A DNA stretch of 64,000 bases from an uncultured cyanobacterium (GCA_963793265.1 CAWBZI010000001.1:960001-1024000), one strand, 5' to 3'. Numbered from the stretch's first letter, positions 41,430 through 51,971 are shown. Translations and numbers: made by a program. The notes: generated by a model from the sequence alone, not told the origin.

Positions 41430-42864
41430 CTACAGACTTTCAATCGCACTTCCTAGCTTTGCATGTTTGATGTCACCCCAACGTTGCCCGGACTTGCATT
41501 TTTTAGAGGCAAGTTGCTCAGCGATATCGGCTGAAATTACGACGCGAGCAGGGGCTAGCTGGTTGAGAGATCTGGCGAGTTGGTAGTGATGCGACTGGCA
41601 GAGTAGATTTTCGAGCCGTTGAGCGATTCTTCTTTGGATAGGCTTCGCCAGCTCACACCCCTCAGCCTTATCCAATAGCAAAACATAATGCGCCTTCGGC
41701 TTCATCACGGGCGTCAAGCTCTGAAACCCTGATGCAGGTAGATTCAAGCGATCTATCACATCGCTAACGAACTGAATGTGGAGCTTTTCACCGACCAAAT
41801 CACTGACATCTTTGCCACGTCCGACAAATTTGAGGCAGGGTGTTTTGAGAAAATAGTGCGTGACTTGTACGCGATCGCCCATCCGATACCGGTAGAGCCC
41901 ACCCATTTGAGAAACAATCATCTCATAAGTGTCTCTTTCATTAAGCTGGTGCAGCTCATAAATATCACCCTTTCTATCTTCAAACTCAAAGAAAATCTCG
42001 TCTAGTAAAGGCACCTGGCCCTTAGCGGCAATCAGTGGAACGGTCATCGGCGCTTCGGTAGCAAGAAGTCCCTTCCCTTGAATTAAAACATCGGGAAAGT
42101 GCTGTCGTAGGCTACCGGCACCATCGGCGGCGGTGGCACTGTCCCAACAGGAAATGAGCTTTAGGTGGGGCCATTGCTCGGCGTAGGGAATTTTGGATTG
42201 AATGTAGTCTAGCTGGGCGGTTAGAAAGCTAGGGCTCCAAACGGAGATGATTTCTAAGTCTTTGGTTTGTAGGAGGGTTTTGGCCAGATTTTCTTTGAAG
42301 GCTTTGGGCGATCGCGCAGTCGGCGCAATGACTAAAAACGGTTTTAGCAGCCAGCGTAACCAAGGATCAAGATAGTCAGCATCATCTGTTGTACCTGTAG
42401 AATTTGATTTACTAAAGCTGGGCGAAATAGAGAAATAGAGCTTACCTTTTGAAAACTTAGGGCCGTGCCTAATCAAATCGTGTGCCCATACGCAAAATAG
42501 ATGGTTGAATGAGCGGCGTAGGGAGCGAGTGTATGGAATTTGTTTTACAGGGCCGCTGCTGCCTGATGTGGGTTCGTAGAACAAAATGCGTTCCGGCGTA
42601 AGCGGGCTGGTGTGTGCCGTAGAGCGCTCGATCCAAGGTTGCAGGTCTTCATAGCTCACAATCGGTAGCCGGTGCCAGTCTTCGAGGCTACGCATGTTAA
42701 ACTGTTGGCCATATTCACAAGCTTTAAGCTGCTTGATTAAGCGCTGTTGTACCTTTTGCTGAGCCTGTTGAGGATTCGCTAGTGCTTTGTGAAATCGTTT
42801 GGAAGCAGGGGCTAGCAGGTAGGCGAAAGACTTTTATCCAGCTACGGATGAGGATGTTTCGCAT
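41430..42864 (-). CDS. GH3 family acyl-acid amido synthetase (apparent +1 frameshift near 42830)
   Basis: LPIVSYEDL, YEPTSGSSGPVKQIPYT, KGLLATEAP, GGLYRYRMGD, SDLVGEKL. The frame stays open upstream of 42695 (FAYLLAPASKRFHKALANPQQAQ) but reaches the ATG at 42864 only if one base is removed. Confidence 0.85.
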
Positions 42865-43511
42865 GGGGTTTCGCTTGCTTGAGGAGAGGGCTGAGGATTC
42901 TGTTGATTGGGGAATAGGTCGCTGGTGACGGGTACCCAGTCGCCTGCTGCGATGACAACGCCGGGGCCGAGGCGAGAGGCTGAGCCGATGAAAGCGCCTG
43001 CACCAATTTTGATGGGATTGATGTAGAGCATCAGGTCTTGGCGTTTGGGTTTGATGACGTGGGCGTATAGGCCGACCTGATGACCGATGATGGCGTGATC
43101 GCCCACCTCCAAAAGCCCCCGATCTGCAATCTCCAATCCCGGTGCCCAGTACACCTGCTGCCCTACTTTCGCGCCCCATAGCCGTAACCACGCTGAAAAT
43201 GCGCCCGGTATAAGCCGCAGGATCGTTTCAAGCATTGGGAAAGCAATATAAACGAGCTGAATTTGATGAGCGCCCCACCACGGAGAATAATCATCGCCCT
43301 GTAAATAGCTAATGCCTTTGATAACGGGATAGAACCGATTGTGTAGTCGATAGACAAACAGCGGAAAGCCGTAGAGAGAAAATAATAGGAGACTTAACCA
43401 TAATATAATTTCTAATACGCTATTAGCGAGGCACAACCGTAGTAAGGAAAGTCCTGTCAGTGTGATCGCGACTGTGGGAAATAGCGAGAGTAATCGGCTA
43501 AGTAGTGTCAT
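42834..43511 (-). CDS. Membrane-anchored hexapeptide-repeat (LbH) acyltransferase
   Basis: Two TM helices, then LRLWGAKVGQQV, EVGDHAIIG, IKIGAGAFIG, LGPGVVI repeats. Confidence 0.8.
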   Translation of the reverse strand: MTLLSRLLSLFPTVAITLTGLSLLRLCLANSVLEIILWLSLLLFSLYGFPLFVYRLHNRFYPVIKGISYLQGDDYSPWWGAHQIQLVYIAFPMLETILRLIPGAFSAWLRLWGAKVGQQVYWAPGLEIADRGLLEVGDHAIIGHQVGLYAHVIKPKRQDLMLYINPIKIGAGAFIGSASRLGPGVVIAAGDWVPVTSDLFPNQQNPQPSPQASETPCETSSSVAG

Positions 43512-44254
43512 GACAATTTAAAAGGGTAGAACAGCTTTTGCCACAAAGTCAGCGATGTTTTTATCCCTAGAACGGCTGGTAGACTAATAGTGTTTTGTGC
43601 CGTACCGTGCAGCCGATCCCACAGTTTGAGATTAGCGCCAAAATTGCAGTTGTGGTTTTGTTGTCCGTGGTGACCGGCATGGTCTTGAGGCAGTATGAGC
43701 CAGGGTGAGAGTAGGAAATAGAGAAAGCTGTTAGGATTTGGCCCTAACTGAGAGTGTCGCCACAGGTCAAGTACGGCGGTTAGAGTGATGCCCCATAGAT
43801 AGCCGCTTGGATCTTGGAGTAAGTACAGCATGAGCGCGTGAATCCATAGGTACAGGATAAAAAAGCTGCTCCACAGGCTGTTTCGAGAGGTGCCTAATAC
43901 GTCTAGCTGCGTTACGGTGTGGTGCACCTGATGGAGGGGCCAGCCTTTTGTGTGTAGCCAGCGGTGATTCCAGTAGTAGGCATAGTCTACGACAACAACG
44001 CAGAATAAAAAGCTGAATAGTGGCGGCAGCGTGAGGCGGTGAGCAACGTGAGGAAATAGAAAATGCAAAGTGGTGGACAACAATCCAATTTGTAGCGCTG
44101 GAATCAGTACACCTTGAATGATCAAGCCGCTAACGTCTAGAATCCATTCGGCTTTAGGCTTATGGCGTAGCCGTTGCCAGTTGCCAGATCGCTTTATGCT
44201 AAGACCTATTAATAGCCAAAAGGTGATGAATATAGGCAGATCGAAGGGTGTCAT
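43508..44254 (-). CDS. Sterol desaturase / fatty acid hydroxylase family protein
   Basis: His boxes YWNHRWLH, LHQVHH, HAGHH; NFGANLKLWDRLHGT. Confidence 0.9.
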   Translation of the reverse strand: MTPFDLPIFITFWLLIGLSIKRSGNWQRLRHKPKAEWILDVSGLIIQGVLIPALQIGLLSTTLHFLFPHVAHRLTLPPLFSFLFCVVVVDYAYYWNHRWLHTKGWPLHQVHHTVTQLDVLGTSRNSLWSSFFILYLWIHALMLYLLQDPSGYLWGITLTAVLDLWRHSQLGPNPNSFLYFLLSPWLILPQDHAGHHGQQNHNCNFGANLKLWDRLHGTAQNTISLPAVLGIKTSLTLWQKLFYPFKLS

Positions 44255-44257
44255 AGC

Positions 44258-45284
44258 TTATACCCAGAAGGTGATTTTGGCTGATTGGTTGGGAAGTTCG
44301 CGAGGGTCTTTGCCTTGAGCGATCGCATCTCGAATCGACTCCACAAACACGTGAATAGTGTCAGCAGGCGTATGCGTAAACCGTTCGCCATATTTGTTGA
44401 TTGTTTCACTTTGCAGCTTCAAAGCTGCGATGTCTTGGCTAATAATTTTTTGAGCCGTCCAGCGCACAAACGGGCGGGCCAACTGGTTCCAAATGCCGTA
44501 GTTGAAAGTTACGTCTGTGTAAACGAGGGTAGTAGTATCGCTTTCAGGAACGGATTGACTGGTGATGAAGCAGCGGCGCGGTTGTCCCAAAGTTTGGCCC
44601 ATGTCGTACTCTACGCTGGTGATGTTCGGCATTAGAAAACGGTCTACATGAACAATCTCTTTGCCCTGCGGATTTAAGAACCAGCCGAACCAACCAAGAT
44701 TGTCTGTCTCTTGGTGATAGGTAGCGGTGACGGTGCCATGACTTCTCTCTACGCTCATCTGTAGCGGCTGCTGCTTTGTCTGGCGAAAGATGCCGGGATG
44801 AACAGAGACAGTGTGAGGAATGTCGATGAAAGTTTTCAGCGCAGTTGGTGACCGTGTTTTGAAAGCGGTTAATGACGCGGACAGTTGACCAGTCTGGGGA
44901 CTGGTAGTGAGGCATGATGAAAGGGTCTGATGATGGTTGGGAGAGGCAAACGTAGATGTAGCCGTCTTGTTCTTTGGTGGCGTAGGCGATCGCCCCGCGA
45001 GATACTTTCGCACATGGGTTTTCCCCTTCAGCAGGAACCGCCACCACTTTGCCAGCGCGATCATATTGCCAGCCATGATAAGGGCACTGAACTTTACCCG
45101 CTTTGACTTTGCCAGCAGAAAGACGGCTGTTGCGATGAATGCAGCGATCTTGCAAGGCAACTGGTTTGTTGTTCTCATCACGAAAGATAACGAGCCACTC
45201 GTCTAAGATGGTTCGCGCTAAGGCTGTTTTTTCGGTGAGCTGTTCGCTTTGGGCCACGACATACCAAAAGTTTGAGAAGTTCAT
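44258..45284 (-). CDS. Rieske non-heme iron oxygenase 3 (apparent +1 frameshift near 44830)
   Basis: DRCIHRNS...CPYHGW Rieske motif; AENF joins IDIPHTVSVH (mononuclear Fe site) if one T is removed from AACTTTCATC. Confidence 0.85.
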
Positions 45285-45565
45285 GTCTTTAGCGGCGAAA
45301 GGGAAAGGTCGCCAGTCGCGTGAATTTGGCAGGCTAGACGGACAGCAGGATTTTGAGGTGCGAGAATGCTGAGGACTTCTTTTTCTTCGGAAGTCGGTGG
45401 CAGGAGTTCACCTGTAGCGGATACGAGACAAGTGCCACAGATACCAGTGCGACAGCCGAAAAGAATAGGTGAGTTTTGAAGCGTGAGCGCGATTGAAAGG
45501 GGCTGATTATTAATAGTGACGGCGGGATATTGGCTGTCAGGGAAGTGAACGATGTGAGAGTTCAT
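45281..45565 (-). CDS. 2Fe-2S ferredoxin
   Basis: FGCRTGICGTC...RLACQ; ATGA overlaps on both sides. Confidence 0.9.
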   Translation of the reverse strand: MNSHIVHFPDSQYPAVTINNQPLSIALTLQNSPILFGCRTGICGTCLVSATGELLPPTSEEKEVLSILAPQNPAVRLACQIHATGDLSLSPLKT

Positions 45566-46554
45566 GCTTGCTTTGACCATTGAGAGGGAATTAAGTCGTT
45601 TACGTATCTGATGTATTCCGTTAAGGGGCGGTCGATAGGCAACAGGTTTTGTGGATTGAACTGAATGTTGTCGTATATTTGGCCATCTTCACCACGTAGA
45701 GCGTAGTAACAGAGTTGAGTGAGGAGCAATAGCATTGTGTTTATCAGCCAGCCAATCGGGCCTTTGCGCTTACGGGTGACGTAGATCGGCTGTATGCGTG
45801 TGCCGCCTGAAGCGAGGGGAACGTAGGCATATAACAAATGGAGCGGCGGTAGGAAGCGCACGTTTTTCATCATGGTTAGCAGCCCTACGCAGCCATGTGA
45901 ATAGCGCATGGAATAGGTATAGGTGTGGCCCAGTATTTTTTGACCGATGCCTGTGGGTAAGTCTCCGGTGAGGGTGAAGTCAATCTGGCCCTTTTCATCT
46001 TCCCGATCTAAAGAGAGTGACATATCGACAGGCAGATTATGCACAGTCTGTAAATGCTGCACGTCGATGCCGTTCATCATACAGATGTGGTGATGGCATT
46101 TACGTTCCAGGGTTTTATCGGCGCGGGTGATGATTTCGTGGCCTTTGAGTTCGTCAAATTCGGGGAGGCTTGAGGGGGCGATCGCATCAGGATAAACCCA
46201 AACAAACCCATACTTCTCTTCGGTCGCATAAGCCTGAAGCCTCGCGTTCGCGGGTATGTGCGACTGACAGGGAATCTGTTGACAAACGCCCGACTCGTCA
46301 AAAGCCCAATGGTGAAAAAAGCAGCGGGCTTGATTACCCACCACGTCGCCAATGCCTAAATCTGTGCCCATGTGCGGACAGTAGGCGTCGAGCGATCGCA
46401 CCCTTCCATCCTCACCTCTAAACACCGCAATCCGCTGGCCGCACACATCGAAAGACTGAATGCTTTTAACAGGCAAAGCATCACTAGCACAAACGATATA
46501 CCAGCCTTTTACAACAACATCAGGATTATTGAAAATAGTCAGCCCCATAGTCAT
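45562..46554 (-). CDS. Rieske non-heme iron oxygenase 2
   Basis: DAYCPHMGT...CFFHHW; NGIDVQHLQTVH; EDGQIY. Confidence 0.9.
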   Translation of the reverse strand: MTMGLTIFNNPDVVVKGWYIVCASDALPVKSIQSFDVCGQRIAVFRGEDGRVRSLDAYCPHMGTDLGIGDVVGNQARCFFHHWAFDESGVCQQIPCQSHIPANARLQAYATEEKYGFVWVYPDAIAPSSLPEFDELKGHEIITRADKTLERKCHHHICMMNGIDVQHLQTVHNLPVDMSLSLDREDEKGQIDFTLTGDLPTGIGQKILGHTYTYSMRYSHGCVGLLTMMKNVRFLPPLHLLYAYVPLASGGTRIQPIYVTRKRKGPIGWLINTMLLLLTQLCYYALRGEDGQIYDNIQFNPQNLLPIDRPLTEYIRYVNDLIPSQWSKQA

Positions 46555-47720
46555 TCTCCTTTTGCTTTCAAAAATCTGGGCAAAGCTCGCCGTTGCACTG
46601 CTAGATAGCTTTCTACTGATGCTTTAGCCATAACAGCCATTTGTTGATTGCTCGGCCAAATGTAGGTAAGCGGTGCGATATACGCCCGGTAGGCGCTCAT
46701 TGCTTCGTAGTGAGTCTGATAGCTTTGATGCAGTCCTTCCGACTCTTGGGTAAAGCACTGCTGCATCATCTCCTTAGTTTGTTGTATGTCGAGTGCAAAA
46801 AGAGGCGATCGCAATAATCTATAAACCGTTTCATACAGGCCAGGATCGTGCCAAAAAATGCCGTTAATAACCACAGAAAACGTAGAATGGTCGCGCTGAC
46901 AACCACGAATGCCTAAGTTTGCAATCTGTCGCTCAAGCTTAGTTGGTGCATCCAAACAGTTAATGACCTCTTGAGAAATGAGCGTAGAGCTATTGAAGTG
47001 AAAGCTTTCGTCTAAGAAATGATAGTGAGAAACCTGGCTAGGAATCGGCGCAGAGTCAGCGTCATTAGCACAATATTGGCTGAGCTGATGCTGTACGAGC
47101 TTACCGTTTAGCGTACGCAGGCCGCGCACCGTAAAATACTGACAGGCGAGAAACGTGTTGCTTGCCGATACAAGTCCAAAAACCTGTAGCTGTAGCTGCT
47201 TCCATTTCTTTTTTAGCTCGCTAGTATCAGCAAATAGCATCGTTTCAGTAAACGGGCCGCGCATCGGATAGCTGAATAAAGGCGAATCAAACAGGGCGGC
47301 TTCTGTGCGACGGGCAATCGTTTGAAAGGCTTCAATATGCGTACGTTCCTGAACAGATTCGAGGTCTAACATATTGCAGATATCGCTAAAACCTGCATGG
47401 GCGTAGAGCCCGGTGGCACTGGTTTGATTGAAGTAGATAGTCGCAATTTCAGCGGAGATAATTTGGGAGTAGTAGGCAACCCAGTAAAGATGATTGAGGG
47501 TTCGGCGCTGGTCTTCGGTGGCTTGCTCCCATAGCGGCGTACCGTAGAGAAGAGAGAACTTTTCAGACTGCCAGTATTGATCTTTGCAGTCTTCATAGCA
47601 GAAGTCTCGTGCTGTTTCCTTCAGCTTTTCGGTTTGATCTTGCTGCTGGTTTCGTCGGTAGTTGAGCTGAATTTTTCGGTTTAATAAATCTGTTGTAGGA
47701 CGTGCTGCGGTGGCAATCAT
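46551..47720 (-). CDS. CylC/AurF-like dimetal-carboxylate enzyme (putative halogenase)
   Basis: LNHLYWVAYYSQIISAEIAT, LESVQERTH (ExxQExxH), HFLDESFH (HxxDExxH), RGLRTLNGKL. Confidence 0.75.
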   Translation of the reverse strand: MIATAARPTTDLLNRKIQLNYRRNQQQDQTEKLKETARDFCYEDCKDQYWQSEKFSLLYGTPLWEQATEDQRRTLNHLYWVAYYSQIISAEIATIYFNQTSATGLYAHAGFSDICNMLDLESVQERTHIEAFQTIARRTEAALFDSPLFSYPMRGPFTETMLFADTSELKKKWKQLQLQVFGLVSASNTFLACQYFTVRGLRTLNGKLVQHQLSQYCANDADSAPIPSQVSHYHFLDESFHFNSSTLISQEVINCLDAPTKLERQIANLGIRGCQRDHSTFSVVINGIFWHDPGLYETVYRLLRSPLFALDIQQTKEMMQQCFTQESEGLHQSYQTHYEAMSAYRAYIAPLTYIWPSNQQMAVMAKASVESYLAVQRRALPRFLKAKGE

Positions 47721-47721
47721 T

Positions 47722-48636
47722 TTATAAAGTGCCTTCGACTAGGCACTGAGAAGGGGGCAGTGGGGAAAATAAGCTTTTGCTGTCTAAGATTTCTGCGATA
47801 CTGGGGGCGGTTGGGGCGATGAGCGATCGCAACAAACTCAACCTTCGCCCACTATGCCTTTCTGTCTCTAACTCTGATAGCGTCGTGACAGCTTGAGTGC
47901 GAGAAAGTCCGCCTTTTGTAAGAGCGATCGCGCCCAAAACCCGCTGCGGCCCAACTCTCACCATCTGTAAAAAGGCCGCTAGCGTATCCACAATTGCATT
48001 CTGGCTAGCAGCAGTCAGCCTATCACTATCAAACAGCGTCACACCTGCGCTATGGTGCTTTGCCTCAGCCTGTAAAAAGCTATGGAACATTTTAGACAGC
48101 TCAGGATTGCAACAGCTTTTACTTAGCGAGCGGTAGTGGCTGAGTCCCCAGCCTTCTAATACGACTTGAATGACGAATATTAGAACTGTGCGATCGCTCT
48201 TTTCTAAAAGAGACTCTAGAATCTGTAAAAAAGGATCGTAGGTGCTTAAGTGATCGCGAATCAGCGGCTTTAACTGCGCCAAATGCATTGCCTCATCGGC
48301 GCTAAATAACGCATATAGCATTCTCTCCTCAGTCGTCTCAGCCATCAGCGTCATTTTCGACATGTAGCCAACGCCCGCCTTTTCAATAAAGCATGACTCA
48401 GACAAGAGCCCTTGACTGGCAATCTGCAAAATTTGGGTTTGTTCTTCAGCAGAAGACTCTTGAAAAAGAGACACTGAATTCAAACCAAAAGATTCCGCAT
48501 TCCAAGGCGGCTCGCATAGCGGATCTATTGCCTTCGTCTGCCTGTCTCTCAGCGCGGCATCTAGAATCTTATTAAGCTTGTGATTAGGTGTGATCGCCGG
48601 TAGATCTAATCCTGCAATAGAAGACATATTTTTCAT
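47722..48636 (-). CDS. Ferritin-like diiron protein
   Basis: FIEKAG, ADEAMH, VLEGWG, AEAKH: E / DExxH / E / ExxH ligand set. Confidence 0.8.
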   Translation of the reverse strand: MKNMSSIAGLDLPAITPNHKLNKILDAALRDRQTKAIDPLCEPPWNAESFGLNSVSLFQESSAEEQTQILQIASQGLLSESCFIEKAGVGYMSKMTLMAETTEERMLYALFSADEAMHLAQLKPLIRDHLSTYDPFLQILESLLEKSDRTVLIFVIQVVLEGWGLSHYRSLSKSCCNPELSKMFHSFLQAEAKHHSAGVTLFDSDRLTAASQNAIVDTLAAFLQMVRVGPQRVLGAIALTKGGLSRTQAVTTLSELETERHSGRRLSLLRSLIAPTAPSIAEILDSKSLFSPLPPSQCLVEGTL

Positions 48637-49635
48637 GTGACTCGGCTCCAGGTTTTCCAATTCAACGCAGGCTGTTGTTCTACGTGTTTTACAAACTCTA
48701 GAATGGACGCATCCGCTTGAATGGGCGCTTTGAAGTCAAACTTGATGCTATCGAAAACTTCGCGATCACCCTTCGCAAAATAACTCGCCACCCCTTTCGT
48801 AATCGCCAGCCGCACCCGATTAAACAACCAGCCACCGACTCCTCGACCGCTTAGGCGTCAACAATACCACCCATCCCTCAGTCATACCGCCTGCCGCCGG
48901 ACGCAGCGCAAACATCAAATAAAAGTTAAGGAAGTCTGGCCCCACCGTCACCGTGCCCGTACTGCCATACCAATAACAAAGCCGGTACGTCACCGCCTCA
49001 GGATACAGAGGCCGAATGAGTTTTACAAACTTAGAAGCCTCACCGCCCCGCGTCGTATTACGAAAGGTCAGTGCGCTTTCATTTAGCGCCTTTGTTTCAA
49101 ACCGAATCTCTAAGGGTAAATCGTGCACCGAATTAAAATGATGCGCGTCAATCGCGTTAATCAGCACGACATTAGGATGACAGTTGCGCTTAAAAAATCC
49201 GCTTAAAGCCGAATCGCACTCGCAGTTCTCAAGTTCAGGTACATACGGCAAAGGTAACTTCTCACTTTCTCCTACCCATACCCAAACCAAACCATAGCGC
49301 TCAGCAGTCGGCCAAGATTTCACCGTTCTATCCGGCAGTGAAGAGAACCCCGGCGCTGCCACACACTCACCACATTCATCGAATTTCCAACAGTGCAGCG
49401 GACAGCGAATCTGCCCCTTTTCTACCGTTCCTTGAGCCAGCGGCGCGCCTAAATGAGGACAGTAGGCATCCAGCGCAACCGGCTCATCTGTTTGGTTACG
49501 ATAGAGAACTAAATCCCTTCCCAACAAAGTTACAGCCTGCGGACGAGACTTTAACTCTTTTGAAGGAATTGCCCAATACCAGCCCTGAGCAAACCGTTCA
49601 GCCTGATTAAAAATCTTAGCTGATACCGTTTTCAT
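48633..49635 (-). CDS. Rieske non-heme iron oxygenase 1 (apparent +1 frameshift near 48846)
   Basis: DAYCPHLGA...CPLHCW; NAIDAHHFNSVH; the C-terminus GVGGWLFNR...FAKGDREVF...IQADASI lies in the shifted frame and ends in an ATGA overlap with the next gene. Confidence 0.85.
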
Positions 49636-49638
49636 AGG

Positions 49639-50391
49639 TCACGTCCTCGGGGTAGCTCGCAGAGGCAAAGCGGCCTCAGACGATTGCGACGAATCACCAA
49701 ACCACATTCGTCGCCCGGCCCGCGTCAAGTTATCTTCCGAAATCTCTGTCAAACACACCAACTCATCTCCCCGATCTGCCCCCGGATTCTGTTGTGCAAA
49801 AAATCGAACATGTGGATTACGCAATCGCTCGGGCGGAATGCCTTCCAAATGGCCTCTAAGCTGCTGAGGGGCGGGCAAGCGAACAACACCCGCCGCTTCG
49901 TCATACCATTCGCCAAACTGACGGCGACAGAGAAACTGCATAAGGCGGCGAGACTTTGATGGGATAGGCCGATCATGGCGAGGGTAAAAGGTTTGCCAAA
50001 ACGTCGGCATAAATCGGTAGGTGCGAAAGCCCGATGAAATCAAGAGCCAGTAGAGTTTGGCACCTTCGTATTGTTCTTTTAGCTGATTGACGGCGGCTAT
50101 CCAGGCTACAGACAGCGCTGAGCTTGACCACACGCTCGGATCAACAATCGTATCACCCGAATACACAACGGTAATCAGCTCGCCTTCAAAGGTGATGTCA
50201 TACATCAGTAACGTTGAGAATCCTTTTAGCGCCCGGCTTTCATCTTTTAGCAGCAGCACCCAATTTTTTAGGCCGAGATCGGTTTCAAACACCTCTGGCG
50301 TCGCCCCAGCAAAGTGAGCGTTCAACAAACCATACATAGCCGCTTTGTCTGTGGCTGTGAGCGCGGTGGTTTTGATCAGTTCGGTTTGCAT
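49639..50391 (-). CDS. Hypothetical protein, possible GNAT-like acyltransferase fold; first gene of the operon
   Basis: LKGFST, VYSGDTIVDP, YWLLISSGFRTYRF, NPG..RGDELVC; fold is inference. Start may be 50409. Confidence 0.7.
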   Translation of the reverse strand: MQTELIKTTALTATDKAAMYGLLNAHFAGATPEVFETDLGLKNWVLLLKDESRALKGFSTLLMYDITFEGELITVVYSGDTIVDPSVWSSSALSVAWIAAVNQLKEQYEGAKLYWLLISSGFRTYRFMPTFWQTFYPRHDRPIPSKSRRLMQFLCRRQFGEWYDEAAGVVRLPAPQQLRGHLEGIPPERLRNPHVRFFAQQNPGADRGDELVCLTEISEDNLTRAGRRMWFGDSSQSSEAALPLRATPRT

Positions 50392-50546
50392 AACGTGCGA
50401 TCGCCTCATTGCGTTGACCCCATTATGCAAGCCCAAGTCGTGAAGCCAAAAGGTTTAAACCGCAGGCCACTTTCTTAGCCTGAAACAGGGTGAAGTGCTA
50501 TGAATCAATCTTTCCCGTTTTGAGCCAGTCGCCTTTAGATGCTGCC

Positions 50547-50909
50547 CTAAATGTAATAAGACTGCTGCGCGACTACCCAGATTATCAGCGCCGCGATCGC
50601 CCCACCCAAACACAGAACCAAAGCCCAGATTAGCCAGCCCTCACGGCCAGTCGATTGCGCCTCAGCTTCAGCCGTTTCATTCTCAAGATGCTGCTTTACC
50701 AAGCCCGGCACCAAATGCGGCTGCACATGCAGACACCACGTTTTCTCAGGCACCATCAAAACCGTTGGCCCGCTACCGCACTGACCCAAACACCCAGAGG
50801 CTTCCACCTCAGTTCCTTCAGGCACAGTCTTCTCAAACGCCTTCAGCACCTTTTTAGCGCCCTGCTTTGTACAAGTTGTATTTTGGCAAACAAGTACCTT
50901 GTGATCCAT
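50547..50909 (-). CDS. Thioredoxin-like 2Fe-2S ferredoxin with C-terminal TM helix
   Basis: VLVCQNTTC...SGCLGQCGSGP. Confidence 0.85.
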   Translation of the reverse strand: MDHKVLVCQNTTCTKQGAKKVLKAFEKTVPEGTEVEASGCLGQCGSGPTVLMVPEKTWCLHVQPHLVPGLVKQHLENETAEAEAQSTGREGWLIWALVLCLGGAIAALIIWVVAQQSYYI

Positions 50910-50949
50910 TTAACCCGTCCGTTTAAGCAGTTTTGCAAAAGACAGCTCT

Positions 50950-51855
50950 CTAAGCGTCTGCCAATAGCTCCAAAAAGCCTTTGAGCGTCGCTGAGTTATA
51001 GTCTGCTCGCCAAACTGCCAGCATTTTTCGAGTTAAGTCTAGCCCAGAAATCTCTCGATAAACGACACCCTTACGATGCAAATTTAAAACGTTGCTGGGC
51101 AAAATAGCCAGCCCCACGCCCGCCGCCACCAGGCTCAAAATCGTCAGCATCCAGGTAGCATCTACAAGCTGAGGCTGAAATCCCGCCGTCTCACAAGCTT
51201 CTACAAACGCCTGATAAAAAGGGAATGCCTGAACGTTTGGCACAATCAAAGGCTCCTCTGCTAGCGCAACCAGTTCAACAGCGTTTTGACTAGCGAGCGG
51301 ATGATCCTCAGGGAGGGCTAAAACCAAAGTTTCTTCAGCGACCACCTGCCAGTGCAGTCCTCGATTGTCTAGCTGTAAGGGTGAAATTACCTCGAAGCCA
51401 ATGTCTAGCTGGCCCGTTGCGATCGCTTCAATTTGCGCCTCGGCAGTGAGTTCATTAAACGTAAAAGTGACTTGAGGATAGCGATCGCGAAACCGTCGCA
51501 ACAAATCAGGAAAAACACTATTCGCCGCCGAACTCGCTAGCCCTATCGTCAAATGCCCAATATCGCCCTGAGCCGCGCGTTTAGCCTGTGCCAGCGCCTG
51601 CTCAATCTGTTCCATCGCCCGCGTAGCCTCTGTCAAAAAGACTTTTCCCGCTGGCGTCAAATGCACCGGACGCTTACGCCGATCGAACAGTGTCACCTTC
51701 AGCTTTTTCTCCAAAGCCTTAATCCGCTGACTCAACGGCGGCTGTTCAATATGTAGCCGCTCCGCCGCCTGACTAAAGCTATTGTCACACTCTACCACCA
51801 TCAAAAAATAACAGATTTGCCGAATTTCTAGGCTGCTTAACTTTAGTAAGTCCAT
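50950..51855 (-). CDS. LysR family transcriptional regulator
   Basis: SFSQAAERLHIEQPPLSQRIKALE...LTPAG; divergent from the oxoprolinase. Confidence 0.95.
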   Translation of the reverse strand: MDLLKLSSLEIRQICYFLMVVECDNSFSQAAERLHIEQPPLSQRIKALEKKLKVTLFDRRKRPVHLTPAGKVFLTEATRAMEQIEQALAQAKRAAQGDIGHLTIGLASSAANSVFPDLLRRFRDRYPQVTFTFNELTAEAQIEAIATGQLDIGFEVISPLQLDNRGLHWQVVAEETLVLALPEDHPLASQNAVELVALAEEPLIVPNVQAFPFYQAFVEACETAGFQPQLVDATWMLTILSLVAAGVGLAILPSNVLNLHRKGVVYREISGLDLTRKMLAVWRADYNSATLKGFLELLADA

Positions 51856-51971
51856 AGTGTAAAACTAACTACAATATTTCAGATAGTATCTTAGATTGAG
51901 TAAATGACTATAGGCAGTATTCAAATAGCTTTGTAAGTTGAGATAGATTCACGAGTTCAAAGGAACATTCA

